64,000 nt of DNA from Centroscyllium fabricii (lineage: Eukaryota), in assembly GCA_051313645.2 (NCBI GenBank), contig JBNRSN020000001.1, positions 260,214,001 through 260,278,000 of the forward strand, in the 5' to 3' direction. Below the pieces are notes generated by a model. The model did no database searches, was not told the DNA's origin, and was given only the letters and a program-made list of their open reading frames with translations. The translations under genes and the position numbers were made by a program. This document shows positions 21,345-35,186 of this stretch, piece after piece; position 1 is the stretch's first letter; every line of letters begins with the position of its first letter.

Positions 21345-22220
21345 AACATAACATAAGTAGGAGAAGGAGTCGGCCATACGGCCCCTCGGGCCTGCTCCGC
21401 CATTCAATAGGATCATGGCTGATCCGAACTTAGACTCACGTCCACTTCCCTGCTCTCTCCCCATTACCCCTTATTCCCCTATCCGTTAGGAAACTGTCAA
21501 TCTCCGTTTTAAATTTATTTAATGTTGCAGCTTCCACAGCTCTCTGAGGTAGTAAATTCCATAGATTTACTACCCTCTGAGTGAAGAAGTTTCTCCTCAT
21601 CTCAGTTTTGAAAGGGCAGCCCCTTATTCTCAGATTATGCCCCCTAGTTCTAGTCTCACCCATCAGTGGAAACGTCCTCACCGCATCCACCCGATCAAGC
21701 CCCCTCGCAATCTTATATGTTTCGATAAGATCGCCTCTCATTCTTCTGAATTCCAATGAGTAGAGGCTCAACCTTTCCTCAAAAGTCAACCCCCTCATCT
21801 CCGGAATCAACCGAGTGAACTTTCTCTGAACTGCCTCGAGAGCAAGTATATCTTTTCTTAAATATGGAAACCAAAACTGTACGCAGTATTCCAGGTGTGA
21901 CCTCACCAATACCCTGTATAACTGCAGCAAGACTTCCCTGCTTTTACACTCCATCCCCCTTGCAATAAAAGCCACGATTCCATTGGCCTTCCTGATCACC
22001 TGCTGTAGTTGGATGCTAACCTTCTGTGTTTCATGCACCAGGACCCCCAGATCCCTTTGTACCCTAACACTTTGCAGTTTCTCTCCATTTAGATAATAAC
22101 TTGCTGTTTGATTTTTTTTCTGCCAAAGTGCATAACCTCACACTTTCCAACATATTCCATCTGCCAAATTTTTGCCCACTCAATTAGCCTGTCTGTCATT
22201 TTGCAGGTTTTTTATGTCCT
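21345..22220 (-). mobile_element. CR1 LINE 3' portion
   Basis: ORF 21436-22038 with CR1 ORF2 C-terminal motifs. Confidence 0.9.
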
Positions 22221-22349
22221 GTTTTTTGAGTCTTCATTGTGATTCAAATGATAATTGCAAAGAGTCAGTTGTTGAATTAAGTGTAAGTTCAGCAATGGTT
22301 ATTTTATTGCAAGATATAAATTTGATTTCTTCAAAAAGGCAGTCAACAG

Positions 22350-23750
22350 GTATAACAACAGAAACCGCTGGAGAAACTCAGCAGGCCAGGCAGCATCGGT
22401 GGAGAGAGAAACAGGGTTAACGTCTCGGGTCGATGACCTTTCTTCAGAACTGGAGAAACCGGGAGGGGCGATAGATTTTAAAGCTGGTAGGGGCTGGGGG
22501 AGGGGGCTGAAAGAACAAAGGAAAGATCAGCAACAGGCTAGAAGACAGGGGAGATAAGAGATATTGGGAGAAATTCAAAGAACATGGGATGGGTCTGGAG
22601 GTGTGCACGGCTCTGGCAGAGTAAAGGAAAAAAAGAAAAAGCCCAGACGAAAGTGTGGATTGAAAAAAGAGAAAATATATATAAAAAAAGTGTGGTAGGG
22701 GCCGAGGTTATGATCTAAAATTGTTGAACTCTACGTTTAGTCCAGAGGGGTGTAGAGTGCCTAAGCGAAAGATGAGTTGCTGTTCCTCGAGTTTACGCTG
22801 AGCTTCCGTGGAACAATGCAGCAGGCCACAGACAGTGAGGTCTGAATGGGAGTGGAGTGGAGAATTAAAGTGACAGGCCACCGGGAGCTCGGGGTCCCCC
22901 TTACGGACTGAACGGAGGTGTTCTATTCAATTCAATTCAATTCAAATTGCTTTATTGGCATGACAAGATACATCCTATGTTGCCAAAGCACAGAAAAAGG
23001 ACATATACAGTTGGACATACAAAATGCATAACCAGACGTATTGAATGAATAACTATGCATACACATACACATAAAAACCTGCATATACAAAGCGATCACC
23101 CAATCTGCGTTTGGTCTCCCTGATGTAGAGGAGACCGCATCGTGAGCAGCGAATACAATAATACGGGGAGGCGTTGGCGTAGTAGTAATGTCACTAGACT
23201 AGTAAACCAGAGGCTCAGTCAAATGCTCTGAGGATATGGGTTCAAATCCCACCACGGCAGCTGGTGGAATTTAAATTCAATTCAATTTAATTCTGGAATT
23301 AAATGTTAGTCCTAGTAATGGCGACCATGATAGCATTGTCGATTGTTGCAAAAAACCCATCTGGTTCACTAATGTCCTTTAAGGAAGGAAATCTGCTGTC
23401 CTTACCTGGTCTGGCCTACATGTGGCTCCAGACCCACAGCAATGTGGTTGACTCTTAATGCCCTCTGAAATGGCCGAGCAAGACACCCAGTTGTGAACAA
23501 CCGCTACGAAAAACAATAAGACTGCAGCAGTTCAAGAAGGCGGCTCACCACCATCTTCTCAAGGGCAATTCGGGACGGGCACTAAATGCAGGCCTAGCCA
23601 GCCAGCGACGCCCACATCCCATCAACGAATAAAAAAAAAAGTATACTAAATTGTAGGAAGTACACGTAAATCGCTGTTTCACCTGGATGGGGTGTTTGGG
23701 GCCTTGGACAGTGGGAAGGGGGGAGGTGTAAGGGCAGGTGTTGCCAACAG
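22350..23750 (-). mobile_element. Penelope-like element 3' part with GIY-YIG endonuclease remnant (interrupted by a SINE and a ~165-bp insert)
   Basis: Minus frames give FTCTSYNLVY / YCIRCSRCGLLYIRETKRRLGDR / EHLRSV...VACHFNS...LEEQQLIFRLGTLHPSGLNVEF; degenerate hammerhead at ~22415-22451. Confidence 0.85.
23166..23640 (+). mobile_element. tRNA-derived SINE (family 2), full length
   Basis: A/B-box head, central domain, LINE-derived tail and A-tail. Confidence 0.88.
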
Positions 23751-24264
23751 TCAACAAAGAACCTTGTTTGCAGGCAGTGCCTCCTTGTAGAGTTAGTTGG
23801 GAAGGAGATTTGGTAGGTACATACGTTGCATATTTCGCAACCCTAGCTTGTTGTGCCCCACCCGAGGCTGCTTTTTTTAAACAGCAAAAAGGGAATCAAG
23901 TTCTGTTTTGCTGGAAGTTTGCATATGCTTCTGTGCAAGATCAAAGCAACTAAGTGTGCCGGTTATCTGCAGTTTATTTTAAAAGGGTCTTGTGTTGAAG
24001 ACTGGCCTGTTGCAGTCTTCCCCAAGACCCCACAATTATGGTAAACTTCACCTCCCTCAGTTGTCCCTTCTGTCTGCACTTTAACAACCTTGACGTCCAC
24101 GCCTCATTCCTACTTGATTTCTGTAGTCTCTGCTACTCTTCTGTCTAACATTGGTGCCCCGTGCAATGACCTCGGTCCTTCTGTTTCATGAAGTATTGAA
24201 GTGAATCTAGTTTTAAGGCTGCAAAAAATGTACAAATGATTCGCACTTGACGTTGCATGTGAAA

Positions 24265-24955
24265 GGTGTCCTTGTGCACCAGTCGCTGAAGGTAAGCATG
24301 CAGGTGCAGCAGGCGGTTAAGAAGGCAAATGGTATGTTGGCCTTCGTAGCGAAAGGGTTTGAGTACAGGAACAGGGAGGTCTTGCTGCAGTTGTACAGGG
24401 CCTTGGTGAGGCCACACCTTGAGTATTGTGTGCAGTTTTGGTCGCCTTATCTGAGGAAGGATGTTCTTGCCATGGAGGGAGTGCAGCGAAGATTCACCAG
24501 ACTGATAACTGGGATGGCAGGAATGACGTGTGAGGAGAGACTGGGTCGATTGGGCTTGAACTCCCTGGAGTTTAGAAGAATGAGAGGGGATCGCATTGAA
24601 ACTTATAAAATTCAAACAGGACTAGATGCAGGAAGGATGTTCCCGATGGTCGGGGAGTCCAGAACCAGGGGTCACAGTCTAATGATAAGGGGTAAGCCAT
24701 TTAGGACAGAGATGTGGAGGAATTTCTTCACCCAGAGAGTGGTGAACCTGTGGAATTCTCTACCACAGAAGGCCGTAGAGCCAATTGATTAAATATATTC
24801 AAGGAGTTAGATATATTCCTTAAGACTAAAGGGATCAAGGGGTATGGAGAGAAGGCAGGTACGGGGTACTGAATTTGGATGATCAGCCATGATCTCATTG
24901 AATGGCGGAGCAGGCTCGAGGGGCCGAATGGCCTACTCTGCTCCTATCTTCTATG
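24265..24955 (+). mobile_element. CR1 LINE 3' portion
   Basis: ORF 24247-24792 with CR1 motifs and tail. Confidence 0.9.
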
Positions 24956-26452
24956 GCTCTCTGGAGTCTGCCTTAAAGGCATAAATTGGATAAATTGAGC
25001 AATCTCCTGAGCTGGTGATTCTTGAGTAATGCAACTGCTTGGGAAACCTCTTATGACAGATGCAGGTTACAACGATCAGTTCTAGATTTTGCAGGACACT
25101 GGTAACTGGCTACATTTTTAATAACCTCTGTATAAACAAACATTGGAAATAGATTTCATCTATTTGCAAAAACTATTGCCATGACGGTACATTTATTTTG
25201 CCACTAAGTAAACTTGTAGTCCTAATTACAGAACTGTTAGGTGTTTTTCGGAGAAGGGGATTGCACTTTAATGGCTGTTGATGAATTGTGGACAATGGAG
25301 GAGCATTTGTCTTGCTCAGCAAACAAAAGGCCCAGTGCAACTGAGTAAAGACAGTCCCCCAGCATCCAGCCAACTTGGTTTTGCCAGTGGAACTGTCAAC
25401 ATGAAAGATGCAAGTCAAAAATCCATGGTGTACAGGAAACTCTTTCTTATCCGGCACCGACGTTGCCAGTTTATCAAAATTTCTCATTTTCGATTTGAAA
25501 GTTTGGAGAAAAACTTAACTTTTTAATTATGCACATGTCTAAACATTGTGATAAAAGTGAGGAGAGTTGACTGCGGATTGAATATTCTTATGAGAGAAGA
25601 CATGGGACTGTGGTGACTGTTGATCTGTCAGTTTGTGTTTCCTGTTCACTGGTGACCGTGTGACTGGAAGGGGGAACTTATTTTCAGTGTGGGATCTTTC
25701 TCCAGCACGTCGTTGAAGAGTGTGGGGGGGGCCATGCGTTTAGTCATGTTTTGGTTTATTCATCTACGGAATATAAATATTCTGTAAAAAAAAAAAAAAA
25801 AAAAATACAATTTCTACGTTTGAACATCCCAATATAATTAAACTCAGCTACTCCCGTCAAAAGCGCAAGGACATCTGTGCTACAGTTACAGACGCAAGAT
25901 CGGTTTCTGGTGGGGTTTGTTTCCTGTCTTCAGTGGAAAGAATGTTGACATGATTCCTATTTTGGGCATTCATTGCCTGCATCAAGCACACTGGACTCAC
26001 GTTTGGCACAACTAGCTTCCTCCACTTGACCCCAATTAAAGGCTTTAGCCCCAATTACATTAGTGTAACGTTTCCATGCCCCATGACCTGAAATTTCAGA
26101 TTTTTAATTAATTTTTTTAAAACCTTATTTAACATAATAAATGATGGGGGCTTTGTGCAGTGTTGTCAGTTCGCACACCGCCTCTTCACCTAGCTCTGGA
26201 TTTGAATCCAATCCAAATTTAAATCAACAACAGCAACTTGTATTTATATACCGCCTTTAACATCGTAAAACGTCCCAAGGTGCTGCACAGGAGTGTTATA
26301 AGACGCAAAATTGACACCGGACCACACAAGAAATTAGGGCAGGTGACCAAAGGCTTGGTCAAAGAGGTAGGTTTAAAGGAACGTCTTAAAGGAGAAAAGA
26401 GAGGCGGCGAGGTTTAGGGAGGGTGTTCTAGAGCTTGGGGCACAGCCACTGA

Positions 26453-26859
26453 TGGGCGGCACGGTGGCACAGTGGTTAGCACTGTTGTCTCACAGCATTA
26501 GAGACCCGGGTTCAAATCCAGCCTCGGGTACTATCTGTGTGGAGTTTGCACATTCTCCCCGTGTCTGCGTGGGTTTCCTCCGGGTGCTCCGGTTTCCTCC
26601 CACAGTCCAAAGATGTGCGGGTTAGGTTGATTGGCCAGGATAAATTGACCCTTAGTGTCAGGGGGATTGAATATGTGGGGTTACGGGGATAGGGTGGGAT
26701 ATGTGTCGGTGCAGGCTCGATAGGGATTGAGGGATATGGGGAGAAGGCAGGGACGGGGTACAGGGTTTGGATGATCAGCCATGATCTCATTGAATGGCGG
26801 AGCAGGCTCGAAGGGCCGAATGGCCTACTCCTGCTCCTATCTTCTATGTTTCTATGTTT
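26453..26859 (+). mobile_element. V-SINE (HE1-like), full length
   Basis: tRNA head GGCACGGTGGCACAGTGG...GGTTCAAATCC, V-domain GTGTGGAGTTTGCACATTCTCCCCGTGTCTGCGTGGGTTTCC, CR1-derived tail (TTCTATGT)n. Confidence 0.9.
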
Positions 26860-27567
26860 GAGCAATTTATAATCAAGGATGCTTGAGGGCAGAATTGGAG
26901 GAGCGCAGATATCTCCGGGTGGGGTTGGGGGGGTGGTGCAGTTGTGAGGCTGAATGGGGAGAGGCGCGGCCATGGAGGGCTTTGCAAACAACGATGCAAC
27001 TTTAGAAATCTAGGCATTGCTTAACCGGGAGCCAATGTAGGTCAGCGAGCACAGGGGTGATGGGTGAATGGGACTTGGTGAGAGTTAGGACACGGGCAGC
27101 CAAGTTTTGGATGACCACAAGTTTACCTCGGGTAGAATATGGGAGGCCAGCCAGAAGTGCGTTAGAATAGTCAAGCGTAGAGGTAACAAAAACATGGATG
27201 AGGGTTAAAGCAGCGGATGAGCTGAGGCAAGGGCGGAGACGGGTAATGTTACGTAGGTGGAAATAGGCGGTCTTAGTTATGTTGCGGATATGGGGTCAGA
27301 AGCTCATTTCCGGGTCAAATGTGAAGCCAAGGTTGCGAACGGTCTGGTTTAGCTTCAGACAGAAGCTACGGAGAGGGGCGGAGTCGGTGGCTAGGGAACA
27401 GAGTTTGTGCCGGGGACTGAAGACAATGGCTTCGATCTTCCCAAGATTTAATTGGAGAAAGTTTCTGCTCATCCTGCACTGGATGTCGGACAAGCAGTCT
27501 GACAATTTGGAGACCGTGGAGGAGTCGAGAGAAGAGGTAGTGAGGTAGAGCTGGGTGTCGTCGGCGT

Positions 27568-27960
27568 ACATAGAAACATAGAAGATAGGAGCAGGAGTAG
27601 GCCATTCGGCCCTTCGAGCCCGCTCCGCCATTCAATGAGATCATGGCTGATCATCCAAACCCAGTACCCCGCCCCTGCCCTCTCCCCATATCCCTCGATC
27701 CCTATCGAGCCTGCACCGACACATATCCCACCCTATCCCCGTAACCCCACATATTCAATCCCCCTAACAGTAAGGGTCAATTTATCCTGGCCAATCAACC
27801 TAACCCGCACATCTTTGGACTGTGGGAGGAAACCGGAGCACCCGGAGGAAACCCACGCAGACACGGGGAGAATGTGCAAACTCCACACAGATAGTCACCC
27901 GAGGCCGGATTTGAACCCGGGTCGCTAGCGCTGTGAGGCAACAGTGCTAACCACTGTGCC
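27568..27960 (-). mobile_element. V-SINE
   Basis: Reverse complement of the 26453 family. Confidence 0.9.
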
Positions 27961-28211
27961 ACATGTGGAAACTGACGCTGTGTTTTCGGATGATGTCGCC
28001 AAGGGGCAGCATATAGATGAGAAATCGGAGGGGCCCAAGGATTGATCCTTGGGGGACACCAGTGGTAACGATGTGGGAGCGGGAAGAGAAGCCGTTGCAG
28101 GTGACTTTCTGGCTCCGATTAGGAACATTCCTCTTCTGATCGACAATGCCCCAAGTCAAAGGTTTAGCCCATCTCAACCCACCTGATAATGGGTGACTTG
28201 CAAAAGAAGGA

Positions 28212-28642
28212 CAGACTTGCATTTATATAGCACCTTTTCAGGACGTTTGGATGTCCCAAAGCGCTTTCCAGCCGATGAAGTACTTTTTTTGAATTGTTGC
28301 CGCTGTTGCAATCTCGGAAACGCGGCAGCCAATTCGCGCACATTAAGCTCCCACAAACAGCAGTGTAATAATGAGTGGATAATTTGTTTTTAATGATGGT
28401 GATTTGAGGGATAAATATTGGCCAGGACACCGGGAATAGCTCCCCCGGCTCTTCTTCAAAATAGTGTAATGGGATCCTTTACGTCCAACTGAGAGGGCAG
28501 ACGGGGGCCTCGGTGTAATGCCTCATCCGAAAGGCGGCGCCCCTGTCGGGCTAGATTGTTTGTGCTGAAGTCTCTGGAGTGGGACTTGAACCCACCGCCT
28601 TCTGACTCGGAGGCGAGGGTGCCACCCACTGAGCCACAGCCG
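28212..28642 (-). mobile_element. DeuSINE-type tRNA SINE with L2-type tail (partial second copy at ~33862-34000 +)
   Basis: Head GCTGTGGCTCAGTGGG...GGTTCAAGTCCCACTCCAG; Deu-like core CCCGGTGTCCTGGCCAATATTTATCCCTC...GCTGTTTGTGGGAGCTT. Confidence 0.75.
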
Positions 28643-28923
28643 GCACTTTGCAGTACAAACCTGGGTGCCTGATAGTGGAAAATTGCTTTGCTCTGCGATT
28701 TGAGCATGTCCCCCGAGTGCAACAAGCTTAGATTCAAGGACATTGAAGAATGCGGATTATTAGGTGGGCGATCAGTTGTGCGATCCTGGTTTATGCAAGA
28801 GGATTGAGTTCAAGGTGGTTGAATTTTCTTCTGCATTTTCTTCCACCAAAACTAATTCTGCACCAGCAAACCTCTCCATTTCACCTCCTTTTAAGAGCTA
28901 CCTTAAAGCCTGATCTTTTAATA

Positions 28924-29308
28924 TAGAAACATAGAAGACAGGAGCAGGAGTAGGCCACCCGGCCATTCAATGAGATCATGGCTGATCATCCAAACCCAGT
29001 ATCCCGCCCCTGCCCTCTCCCCACATCCCTCGATCCCTATCGAGCCTGCACCGACACATATCCCACTCTATCCCCGTAACCCCACCTATTCAATCCCCCT
29101 AACACTAAGGGTCAATTTATCCTGGCCAATCAACCTAACCCGCACATCTTTGGACTGTGGGAGGAAACCGGAGCACCCGGAGGAAACCCACGCAGACACG
29201 GGGAGAATGTGCAAACTCCACACAGATAGTCACCCGAGGCCGGATTTGAACCCGGGTCTCCAGTGCTGTGAGACAACAGTGCTAACCACTGTGCCACCGT
29301 GCCGCCCT
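28924..29308 (-). mobile_element. V-SINE with long TSD
   Basis: Flanked by duplicated AGAGCTACCTTAAAGCCTGATCTTTTAA. Confidence 0.9.
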
Positions 29309-29524
29309 TAAAGCTTAGAGCTACCTTAAAGCCTGATCTTTTAAGCAAGCTTTTGTTCGTCCCTCCTATTTGGATATCTTTTCCATACGCCTCTGTCGTG
29401 CCTTGGGGTGGTTTTCCTACGTTAGAAGTGCTTTATAAATGCAAGCTGTTTTTGTCATAATTTGCTCCTTCTCATTGCTTCAACCCTGACCTGCTCAGAC
29501 CCCAGTCAGTTCACTCTCTCTACA

Positions 29525-29927
29525 CGATAACAAAATACTGCAGATGCTGGAAATCCGAAATAACAACAGAAAATGCTGGAAAAACTCAGCAGTTCAGGCA
29601 ACATCCGTGAAGAGAGGAATAGGAGTCAACGTTTCGGGTCGGGACCCTTTATCAAGACTGAAATGAAACAGATGAGAAGGATAGAGGAGGGCTGGGAGAG
29701 AACAAAGGGACGAGAAGAGACAATGAGAGTTATTCAAAACGAGACAAGGTGGTAATAGGACAGAAGACAGCTCAAGATGTTCTCTCCCAGCCCTCTTCTG
29801 TCCTTCTCGTCTATTTCATTTCAGTCTTGATAAAGGGTCCCGACCAGAAACGTTGATTCCTATTTCTCTCTTCACGGATGTTGCCTGAACTGCCGAGTTT
29901 TTCCAGCATTTTCTGTTGTTATTTCAA
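29525..29927. mobile_element. Penelope-derived palindrome (family 2)
   Basis: Arms ~29556-29704 and ~29778-29925; degenerate hammerheads TTGATAAAGGGTCCCGACC(C/A)GAAACGTT. Confidence 0.8.
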
Positions 29928-30639
29928 TGCCCGCTCTTCCTGCTCCTGGCACTTTCCTGTAAAACTCTTTGTTCCTTTTTCTTTTCTACCCGACTTTGTC
30001 TTTTACCTCCCCCCCCCCCCCCCCCCGCCCCCCCCCTCACACACACAAGTTATGCCCCGCTCCAACCCTTGACTGGTTCCTTCCCTCCCAGGTTCAGTCA
30101 CGTCCTGGACATCGTCACTTCGTCCATTCCCCCTCCCTCGTTTAAGAAAATAAATAAATAAAATTGACACGCTATTATTAAACTCCAATTTAAGTATAAT
30201 TGATGCTTTTTGGGCGGGCGGGGTGAGGGGAGTACATAATTTAAAATGAACACTGGTTATTAAGCGTAAATGTAATTTTTGCAAAGTTACAGATTAAAAT
30301 AAGGAGAGAGTATAAAACTAAACTAATATTGGAACCATGTCAGAGCAATCCAAAAGTAACCCCCCTGTCCCGCTCCCTCCCCGCAACCCAGTGTTCCTCT
30401 GCTTCAAATATTTATCCAGTTTTCCCTTCACCGATGCCATGGACTCTGACTCAGCCACTCTCCGGAGCAAAGCATTCCACGCTACCTGCTCCAACTCCCT
30501 CCTCACTGAAGACTCTTGATCACTGACTTCCCCAACCAGAGGAAATGGTCTTTGCCTATTCACTTGATCAAAACCTTTCATTGTGGGGGAAATAAAACCC
30601 ACACTTCAATCTCCTCTTGGGCTTCTCTGCCCTGGTGGA

Positions 30640-31935
30640 ACTAGTCACACACCCATAATCATGAAGTGTTTCCAGCGGCTGGTCCTGGCCCACATCAAAG
30701 CCAACGTCCCCGCCGCCCTGGACCAATACCAGTTCGCCTATCGAGGAAACAGATCAACGGAAGATGATATCACTACGACTCTTCACTCTGCACTAAACCA
30801 CCTGGATAGCAAAGATACGTATATCAAAATGCTGTTTATTGACTACAGCTCAGCATTCAACACCATCGTCCCCAGCAAGTTGTCTACCAAACTCCTCACC
30901 CTCGGCCTGAACACGTCCCTCTGCAACTGGACCCTGAACTTCCTAACCAACAGACCACAGTCTGTGAAGTTAGGCAACCTCACCACTCCCCCCCCCCCCC
31001 CCCCCCCCCATTACCCTGAACACGGGGGGCCCCACAAGGCTGTGTGCTGAGCCCCCTCCTCTACTCCCTCTTCACTCATGACTGTGCGGCTGTCCATGGT
31101 TCAATACGATCATCAAGTTTGCGGACGACACCGCGGTGGTTGGCCAGAGCACCAACAACGATGAGTCAGCCTACAGGGATGAGATCCAGCACCTTGTGGG
31201 ATGGTGTGCCGACAACAACCTGGCACTGAACACCAAGAAAACTAAGGAGATCATAGTGGACTTCCGGAGGACTGAAAGCAGAAGACACACTCCCATCTTC
31301 ATCCAAGGGGCTGAGGTGGAAAAGGTGTCCAGCTTCAAGTTCCTCGGGGTCCACATCTCGGAAGACCTCTCCTGGTCACTAAACACCTCCTCTCTGGTTA
31401 AGAAGGCCCAACAGTGCCTGTACTTCCTAAGGAAGCTGAAAAAAGCCAAGCTGTCATCCGGCATCCTCTCCAACTTCTACCGCTGCACAATCGAAAGCAT
31501 ACTGACAAGCTGCATCACAGTCTGGTATGGAAACTGCACCATCTTGGACCGGAAGGCCCTGCAGCGGGTAGTCAAAACTGCCCACCGAATCACCGGCACC
31601 CAGTTACCGTCAATTGAAAGCATCTACCTCAAACGCTGCCTACGGAGGTCTCTGAACATTATTAAAGACCCCACACACCCCAGCCACAGTCTGTTTGCCC
31701 TCCAGGAGACACTACAGATCAATTCGCACCCGCACGACCAGATTCAAGAACAGCTTCTTCCCCAGGGTTGTCAGCCTCCTGAACTCTAACAAAAAACTCC
31801 GGTACCTGCACACCTGAAAATGCACTTTACTGTATGCAATTGTATGTAAATTATTTGCACTACTCTCTGGAGCGGCGAGTCTTCGTCTCGTTGTATTGTG
31901 CTAGTACTCTGCAATGACAAAACTTGAATTGAATT
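30640..31935 (+). mobile_element. Rex1/Babar-type LINE 3' portion
   Basis: [63 protein letters not shown]; (TTGAA)n tail. Confidence 0.88.
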
Positions 31936-32409
31936 AGTCTTAGTATCTCGAGTCGCATCACGACAGTTTTCCATCCCTGGCATAATTCTGGTGAATCTCT
32001 GCTGTACGCTGTGGGTTTTCTTTGAATGTCCTTCCTACAATGCGTTGACCAAAACTCTACACAGTACTCCAACTGTGGCCTGACTGTTTTGTACTAATTT
32101 ATCTTTACTCTTGTATTCTACCCCTACTGTATGCAGTAACAATACTGCTTCAGCTATCGTTTATTTATCTATAATAGCAAAATACTGCGGATGCTGGAAA
32201 TCTGAAATAACAACAGGAAACGCTGGAAATGCTCAGCAGGCCAGGCCGCATCCGTGGAGAGAGAAACTGAGTTAACGTTTCGGGTTCTGGACCCTTCATC
32301 GTTTATTTATCTATCAGGATAAAGATGTGCAGAGTGTGGCTGGTACTGGCTTCCCTTTTTTCCTCGCTCTCTGCTCCCCAACCCTGCGTAAGGGTTGTTG
32401 GGGTGAAGT

Positions 32410-33060
32410 CATAGAGTAATACAGCACAGAAAGAGGCCCTTCGGCCCATCGCGTCCGCGCTGCCCATCAATCCCAGTCTATACTAATCCCATTTTCCTGC
32501 ATTTGGTCCGCAGCCTTGTATGCTGTGGCATTTCAAGTGCTCATCCAAATGCTTCTTGAATGTTGTGAGGGTACCTGCCTCTACCACCCTCTCAGGCAGT
32601 GAGTTCCAGCTTCCAACCACCCTCTGGGTGAAAAAGTTCTTCCTCACATCCCCACGATACCTCCTGCCCCTTACCCTGAAATTATGCCCCCTAGTTATTA
32701 ACCCCTCTACCAAGGGAAAAAGTTCCACTCCATCCACCCTATCTATGCCCCTCATAATTTTGTACACCTCAATCAGGTCTCCCCTCAGCCTCCTCTGCTC
32801 CAAGGAAAACAACCCCAGCCTATCCAGTCTCTCTCTTCATAACTGAAGCTCCCCAGCCCAGGCAGCATCCTGGTGAATCTCCTCTGCGCCCTCTCCAAAG
32901 CTATTACATCCTTCATATTGTGTGGTGACCAGAACTGCACACAGTACTCCAGCTGTGGCCTTACCAGCTTTTTGTACAGCTCCATCATAACCTTCCTGCT
33001 CTTATATTCTATGCCTCGGCTAATGAAGGCAAGTATCCCAATGCCTTTTTAACCACTTTC
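32410..33060 (-). mobile_element. CR1 LINE 3' portion
   Basis: ORFs 32483-32812 and 32785-32988. Confidence 0.88.
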
Positions 33061-34289
33061 CACCAGTGCTGATTAATCTTCTTGTGCTTGGGGCAGTGTC
33101 ATGCCTGGGAACTACAAATCATTTATTAAAAAAAAAAAATCTTCTTAAAAATAAAGCAGCCACGTCCCTCTCCCCTCACATAAAGGGTGTTGCTCTTTGC
33201 TGGGGTGCAGTTGGATGGGCAATTTGTTTTACCTTCAGTACCTCGCCCAACTCTGTTCATAGGCAAGCTGCAACGTCGCAGGTTGGTCGACCGGTTAGAT
33301 TCTGGTAACTTGACAAATACACTGTTGTACTGTTGCTCAGCACCACCATCTCGAGGCCGATTAGGGATGGGCAATAAATGCTGGCCTTGCCAGTGACATC
33401 CATATCCCGAGAATGAATTTAAAAAAACGCCTGCCGAAGCTGGAAGGCTACTGGATATTTGAACTAACAGTGACCTTTTCTAGGACTGCAGGCACCCGCA
33501 TTTTAGAATTGGGTAATTAAGTTAGACATGCTAACTTCCGAGCTCGAATATTCCTTAATGTCGTAGGCCCCAGTTTTTTTTAAATTAGGCTGTTTTTTAT
33601 TTAATTTCCTAGATATGCATTAATTGTGTAGAGAAAGGATGTGAAACCGGTATTCTTTGGGGAGAATTGTAGCTGAGTTTGAGATGACAAAGAAACCCGT
33701 GTAAATGGATGTTTGTTGAAGAAAATGATTGTCTGAAGTCACTGATTACACCAACAAGAACTAAGAACATAAGAAATAGGAGCAGGAATCGGCCACTTGG
33801 GCCCCTCGAGCCATTCAGTAAGATCATGGCTGATCTGGGGCCCAAATCCACTCGTGTCGTCCGCTGTGGCTCAGTTGGGAGCACTCTCGCCTCGGAGTCC
33901 GAAGGTTGTGGGTTGAAGTCCCACTCCAGAGACGGGGGGAGCGCTGCACTGTCGGAGGTGGCGTCTTTTGGATAAGGCGTTAAACTGAAGCCTCGTCTGC
34001 AATTAGCGGTGAACGAACGGGGCTGGCTGTTCATTGCACTTGCCCGCAAACTTTCTGTGGGCTTTTGCACTGGAAGTTGCAGTGATTAGAAATCCATTTT
34101 GGCATGGTGACCTCTCAGGGGATCTGGCAAGCAACTGTGTCCCTCCTTAACCAATCAGATTGAAGAATCCTTACTGAGGCATGCAGGGTCTGAACCAGGA
34201 AGTGGAAATTAGAATAGTTAATTCAGTGCCACAGCATGTACAGAAAGTGAAATAGAGAGGGAAAGAAAGCTGAGCTTGAGAGAGGGGTG

Positions 34290-35186
34290 GGGGAGGCGGT
34301 GGCGTAGTGGTTATGTCACTAGACTAGTAAGCCAGAGGCTCAGTCAAATGTAAACATAGAAACATAGAAACTAGGAGCAGGAGTAGGCCATTCGGCCCTT
34401 CGAGCCTGCTCCGCCATTCAATGAGATCATGGCTGATCATCCAAACCCAGCACCCCGCCCCTGCCCCCTCCCTATATCCCTCGATCCCCATCGAGCCTGC
34501 ACCGACACATATCCCACCCTATCCCCGTAACCCCACATATTCAATCCCCCTAACACTAAGGGTCAATTTATCATGGCCAATCAACCTAACCCGCACATCT
34601 TTGGACTGTGGGGGGAAACCGGAGCACCCGGAGGAAACCCACGCAGACACGGGGAGAATGTGCAAACTCCACACAGATAGTACCCGAGGCTGGATTTGAA
34701 CCCGGGTCTCCAGTGCTGTGAGACAGCAGTGCTAGCCACCGTGCCGCCCCCTCTGTACTGAGGATATGGGTTCAAATCCCACCACGGCAGCTGGTGGAAT
34801 TTAATTTCAATTCAATTTAATTCTGGAATTAAATGTTAGTCTTGGTAATGGCGACCATGATACCATTGTCGATTGTTGCACAAATCCATCTGGTTCACTA
34901 GTGTCCTTTAGGGGAGGAAATCTGTCGTCCTTACCTGGTCTGGCCTACATGTGACTCCAGACCCACAGCAATGTGGTTGACTCTTAATGCCCTCTGAAAT
35001 GGTCTAGCAAGCCACTCGGTTGTAAACAACCGCTACGCAACATTGTGGGTGTACCTACACCATATGGACTGCAGCGGTTCAAGAAGGCGGCTCACCACCA
35101 TCTTCTCGAGGGTAATTAGGGATGGGCACTAAATGCAGGCCTAACCAGCCAGCAACGCCCACATCCCATCAACGAATAAAAAAAAA
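34290..35186 (+). mobile_element. SINE family 2 with nested V-SINE (34353-34750, minus)
   Basis: Head at 34290 continues at ~34758; V-SINE lies in between. Confidence 0.88.

Larger units (their letters stand above)
26225..28130 (-). mobile_element. L2-type LINE fragment interrupted by two V-SINEs
   Basis: GVPQGSILGP, YADDTQLY and VRNLGFTFDPEMSF on minus; L2-type tail at ~26230. Confidence 0.85.

Noticed and set aside
26453-26530. tRNA genes at SINE heads
   Set aside because: A/B boxes are followed by SINE body and LINE tail in many dispersed copies; no complete cloverleaf evident.
27635-27928. Recurrent MRSWLIIQTQ... ORFs as a gene family
   Set aside because: Antisense translations of V-SINE copies.
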